Source: Eledone cirrhosa (taxonomy: Eukaryota). From it: a stretch of 64,000 bases of DNA. The notes under the pieces are model-generated. The model had not been told where the DNA came from. It ran no database searches and saw nothing but the letters and a program-made list of their open reading frames with translations. A program made the position numbers and the translations under genes. Below, one piece after another: positions 58,923-64,000 of the stretch. How positions within the stretch are numbered: the first letter of the stretch is position 1; each line of letters starts with the position of its first letter. The stretch is from positions 132,866,001-132,930,000 of the forward strand of contig OZ024744.1 in assembly GCA_964016885.1 (NCBI GenBank), written 5' to 3'.

Positions 58923-59098
58923 TTAGGGCTTCAGTTAAGTTGGGGCTAAGTTAAGTTGGGGTTAAGTCAAGTTGGAAGTTGGGGTTGAGTGAAGTTGGGG
59001 TTAAGTTAAGTTGGGGTTGAGTGAAGTTGGGGTTAAGTTAAGTTGGGGTTGAGTTACGTTGGGGTTGAGTGAAGTTGGGGTTAAGTTAAGTTGGGGTT
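58923..59098 (-). repeat. Inverted satellite cassette copy 9 (176 bp)
   Basis: Shares the TTAGGGCTTCAG and GGAAGTTGGGG alleles with copy 8. Confidence 0.97.
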
Positions 59099-62000
59099 AA
59101 CCCCAACTTAACTTAACCCCAACTTAACTTAACCCCAACTTAACTTAACCCCAACTTAACTTAACCCCAACATAACTTAACCCCAACTTAAATTAACCCC
59201 AACTTAACTTAAACTCAACTTAACTAACCAACTTAACTTAACCCCAACTTAACTTAACCCCAACTTAACTTAACCCCAACTTAACTTAACCCCAACTTAA
59301 CTTAACCCCGACTTAACTTAACCCCAACTTAAATTAACCCCAACTTAACTTAACCCCAACTTAACTTAACCCCGACTTAACTTAACCCCAACTTAACTTA
59401 ACCCCAACTTAACTTAGCCCCAACTTAACTTAGCCCCAACTTAACTTAGCCCCAACTTAACTTAACCCCAACTTAACTTAACCGCACCTTAACTTAACCC
59501 CAACTTAACTTAACCCCAACTTAACTCAACACCAACTTAACTCAACCCCAACTTAACTCAACCCCAATTTAACTCAACCCCAACTTAACTCAACCCCAAC
59601 TTAACTTAACCCCAACTTAACTGAACCCTAACTTAACTTAACCCCGACTTAAATTAAGCCCAACTTAACTTAACCCCAACTTAACTCAGCCCCAACTTAA
59701 CTTAGCCCCAACTTAACTTAACCCCAACTTAACTTAACCCCAACTTAACTTAACCCCAACTTAACTTAACCCCAACTTAAATTAACCCCAACTTAACTTA
59801 AACCGAACTTAACTTAACCCCAACTTAAATTATCCCCAACTTAACTTATCCCCAACTTAACTTAACCCCAACTTGACTTAACCCCAACTTAACTTAACCC
59901 CAACTTAATTTAACCCCAACTTAACTTAACCCCAACTTAATTCAACCCCAACTTAAATTAACCCCAACTTAACTTAACCCCAACTTAACTTAACCCCGAC
60001 TTAACTTAACCCCAACTTAACTTAACCCCAACTTAACTTAACCCCAACTTAACTTAACCACAAATTAACTTAACCCCAACTTAACTTAACCCCAACTTAA
60101 CTTAACCCCAACTTAACTTAACCCCAACTTAACTTAACCCCAACTTAACTTAAACCTAACTTAACTTAACCCCAACTTAACCCCAACTTAACTTGACTCC
60201 AACTTAACTTAACCCCAACTTAACTCAACCCCAACTTAACTTAACCCCAACTTAACTCAGCCCCAACTTAACTCAGCCCCAACTTAACTTAGCCCCAACT
60301 TAACTTAACACCAACTTAACTTAACCCCAACTTAACTTAACCCCAACTTAACTTAACCCCAACTTAACTTAACCCCAACTTAACTTAACCCCAACTTAAC
60401 GTACCCTTAACTTAATTTAACCCCAACTTAACTTAACCTCAACTTAACTTAACCCCAACTTAACTTAACCCCAACTTAACTTAACCCCAACTTAACCCCA
60501 ACTTAACTTAACCCCAACTTAATTAACCCCAACTTAAATTAACCCCAACTTAACTTAACACCAACTTAACGTAACCCCAACTTAATTTAACCCCAACTTA
60601 AATTAACCCCAACTTAACTTGCCCCCAACTTAAATTACCCCCAACTTAACTTAACCCCAACTTAATTTAACCCCAACTTAATTTAACCCCAACTTAACTT
60701 AAACCCAACTTAACTTAACCCCAACTTAACTTAACCCCAAATTAACTCAACCCCAACTTAACTCAAACCCAACTTAACTTAACCCCAACTTAACTTAACC
60801 CCAACTTAACTTAACCACAAATTAACTTAGCCCCAACTTAAATTAACCCCAACTTAACTCAACCACAACTTAACTTAACCCCGACTTAACTTAACCCCAC
60901 CTTAACTTAACCTCAACTTAACTTAACTGCAACTTAACTTAACCCCAACTTAACTTAACCCCAACTTAACTCAACACCAACTTAACTCAACCCCAACTTA
61001 ACTCAACGCCAATTTAACTCAACCCCAACTTAACTTAACCCCAACTTAACTTGACCCCAACTTAACTTAACCCCAACTTAACTTAAACCCAACTTAACTT
61101 AACCCCAACTTAACTTAACCCCAACTTAACTTAACCCCAAATTAAATTAACCTCAACTTAACTTAACCCCAACTTAACTTAACCCCGACTTAACTTAACC
61201 CCAACTTAACTTAACCCCAACTTAACTTAGCCCCAACTTAACTTAGCCCCAACTTAACTTAGCCCCAACTTAACTTAACCCCAACTTAACTTAACCGCAC
61301 CTTAACTTAACCCCAACTTAACTTAACCCCAACTTAACTCAAAACCAACTTAACTCAACCCCAACTTAACTCAACCCCAATTTAACTCAACCCCAACTTA
61401 ACTCAACCCCAACTTAACTTAACCCCAACTTAACTGAACCCTAACTTAACTTAACCCCGACTTAACTTAACCCCGACTTAACTTAACCCCAACTTAACTT
61501 AACCCCAACTTAACTTAACCCCAACTTAACTTAACCCCAACTTAATTTAACCCCATCTTAACCCCAACTTATCTTAACCCCAACTTAACTGAACCCCAAC
61601 TTAATTTAACCCCAACTTAAATAAACCCCAACTTAACTTAACCCCAACTTAACTTAACCCCAACTTAACTTAACCCCAACTTAACTCAGCCCCAACTTAA
61701 CTTAGCCCCAACTTAACTTAACCCCAACTTAACTTAACCCCAACTTAATTTAACCCCAACTTAACTTAACCTCAACTTAACTTAACCCCAACTTAACTTA
61801 ACCCCATCTTAACTTAACCCCAACTTAACTTAACCCCAACTTAACTTAACCCCAACTTAAATTAACCCCAACTTAACTTAACCCCAACTTAACTTAACCC
61901 CGACTTAACTTAACCCCAACTTAACTTAACCCCAACTTAACTTAACCCCAACTTAACTTAACCACAAATTAACTTAACCCCAACTTAACTTAACCCCAAC

Positions 62001-64000
62001 TTAACTTAACCCCAACTTAACTTAACCCCAACTTAACTTAAACCTAACTTAACTTAACCCCAACTTAACCCCAACTTAACTTGACCCCAACTTAACTTAA
62101 CCCCAACTTAACTCAACCCCAACTTAACTTAACCCCAACTTAACTCAGCCCCAACTTAACTCAGCCCCAACTTAACTTAGCCACAACTTAACTTAACACC
62201 AACTTAACTTAACCCCAACTTAACTTAACCCCAACTTAACTTAACCCCAACTTAACTTATCCCCAACTTAACTGAACCCCAACTTAACTTAACCCCAACT
62301 TAATATAACCCCAACTTAACTTAACCCCAACTTAACTCAACCGCAACTTAAATTAACCCCATCTTAACTTAACCCCAACTTAACTTAACCCCAACTTAAT
62401 TAACCCCAACTTAAATTAACCCCAACTTAACTTAACACCAACTTAACGTAACCCCAACTTAAATAAACCCGAACTTAAATTAATCCCAACTTAACTTAAC
62501 CCCAACTTAACTTAACCCCAACTTAACTCAGCGCCAACTTAACTTAGCCACAACTTAACTTAACACCAACTTAACTTAACCCCAACTTAACTTAACCCCA
62601 ACTTAACTTAACCCCAACTTAACTTATCCCCAACTTAACTGAACCCCAACTTAACTTAACCCCAACTTAATATAACCCCAACTTAACTTAACCCCAACTT
62701 AACTCAACCCCAACTTAAATTAACCCCATCTTAACTTAACCCCAACTTAACTTAACCCCAACTTAATTAACCCCAACTTAAATTAACCCCAACTTAACTT
62801 AACACCAACTTAACGTAACCCCAACTTAAATAAACCCCAACTTAAATTAACCCCAACTTAACTTAACCCCAACTTAACTTAACCCCGACTTAACTTAACC
62901 CCAACTTAACTTAAGCCCAACTTAACTTAACCCCAACTTAACTTAACCACAAATTAACTTAACCCCAACTTAACTTAACCCCAACTTAACTTAACCCCAA
63001 CTTAACTTAACCCCAACTTAACTTAAACCTAACTTAACTTAACCCCAACTTAACCCCAACTTAACTTGACCCCAACTTAACTTAACCCCAACTTAAATTA
63101 ACCCCAACTTAACTTAACCCCAACTTAACTTAACCCCGACTTAACTTAACCCCAACTTAACTTAACCCCAACTTAACTTAACCCCAACTTAACTTAACCA
63201 CAAATTAACTTAACCCCAACTTAACTTAACCCCAACTTAATTTAACCCCAACTTAACTTAACCCCAACTTAACTTAACCCCAACTTAACTTAAACCTAAC
63301 TTAACTTAACCCCAACTTAACCCCAACTTAACTTGACCCCAACTTAACTTAACCCCAACTTAACTCAGCCCCAACTTAACTCAGCCCCAACTTAAATTAG
63401 CCCCAACTTAACTTAACACCAACTTAACTTAACCCCAACTTAACTTAACTCCAACTTAACTTAACCCCAACTTAACTTATCCCCAACTTAACTGAACCCC
63501 AACTTAACTTAACCCCAACTTAATATAACCCCAACTTAACTTAACCCCAACTTAACTCAACCCCAACTTAAATTAACCCCAACTTAAATTAACCCCAACT
63601 TAACTTAACCCCAACTTAATTAACCCCAACTTAAATTAACCCCAACTTAACTTAACACCAATTTAACGTAACCCCAACTTAAATAAACCCCAACTTAAAT
63701 TAACCCCAACTTAACTTAAGCCCAACTTAACTTAACCCCAACTTAACTCAGCCCCAACTTAACTTAGCTCCAACTTAACTTAACCCCAACTTAACTTAAC
63801 CCCAACTTAACTTAACCCCAACTTAACTTATCCCCAACTTAACTTATCCCCAACTTAACTTAAACCCAACTTAACTTAACCCCAACTTAAATTATCCCCA
63901 ACTTAACTTATCCCCAACTTAACTTATCCCCAACTTAACTTAACCCCAACTTAACTTAACCCCAACTTAACTTAACCCCAACTTAATTTAACCCCAACTT

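Larger units (their letters stand above)
54110..59410 (+). repeat. Higher-order tandem duplication, period 2721 bp (boundaries approximate)
   Basis: CTTATATAAA (54601, 57322), GACTAAACTT (55841, 58562) and cassettes 8 and 9 (56202, 58923) all have offset 2721. Confidence 0.9.
1..64000 (+). repeat. Tandem satellite array, 16-bp monomer CCCCAACTTAACTTAA (reverse complement TTAAGTTAAGTTGGGG), about 4,000 copies, telomere-like C/A-rich + strand
   Basis: The monomer repeats head-to-tail from base 1 to 64000. Point variants include CTCAA, CTCAG, CTTAG, CTTAT, CTGAA, ATTAA, CCCG, CCTC and CACC. Length variants include 11-bp CCCCAACTTAA, 15-bp CCCCAACTTAATTAA and 17-bp CCACAAAGTTAACTTAA. No unique sequence is present. 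Confidence 0.99.

Noticed and set aside
2998-59098. Inversions as long-read fold-back chimeras
   Set aside because: Nine copies share exact junctions and length, carry lineage-specific alleles and do not mirror their flanks. Read-level confirmation is still advisable.
1-64000. Protein-coding ORF, e.g. a repeat protein
   Set aside because: TTAA occurs twice per monomer, giving TAA on both strands, and the 16-nt period cycles stops through all frames. ATG is almost absent on +.
1-64000. CRISPR array or other repeat-spacer system
   Set aside because: Monomers are contiguous with no unique spacers, leader or cas genes.

Overview
The whole 64-kb window is one tandem array of a 16-bp monomer, CCCCAACTTAACTTAA (G-strand TTAAGTTAAGTTGGGG), roughly 4,000 copies, continuing past both window edges. 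It looks like eukaryotic satellite DNA with telomere-like strand asymmetry. I see no CDS, RNA gene, CRISPR array or transposon: every monomer carries TAA on both strands and the 16-nt period moves the stop through all frames. The array has internal structure. (1) Nine homologous 176-bp inverted cassettes (G-rich on +) share identical junctions, each starting with TTAGGG and ending in a spacerless GGGGTTAACCCC palindrome. (2) Strings of variant monomers define irregular higher-order repeats of about 1.2-6.4 kb. (3) Diagnostic variants are zoned between the left and right parts of the window. The monomer resembles the compound TTAGG + TTAGGTTGGGG telomere motifs of bumblebees with G>A changes, so a telomeric origin is a testable hypothesis, not a conclusion. 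I found no gene-encoded novel system. Coordinates and counts were read by eye.
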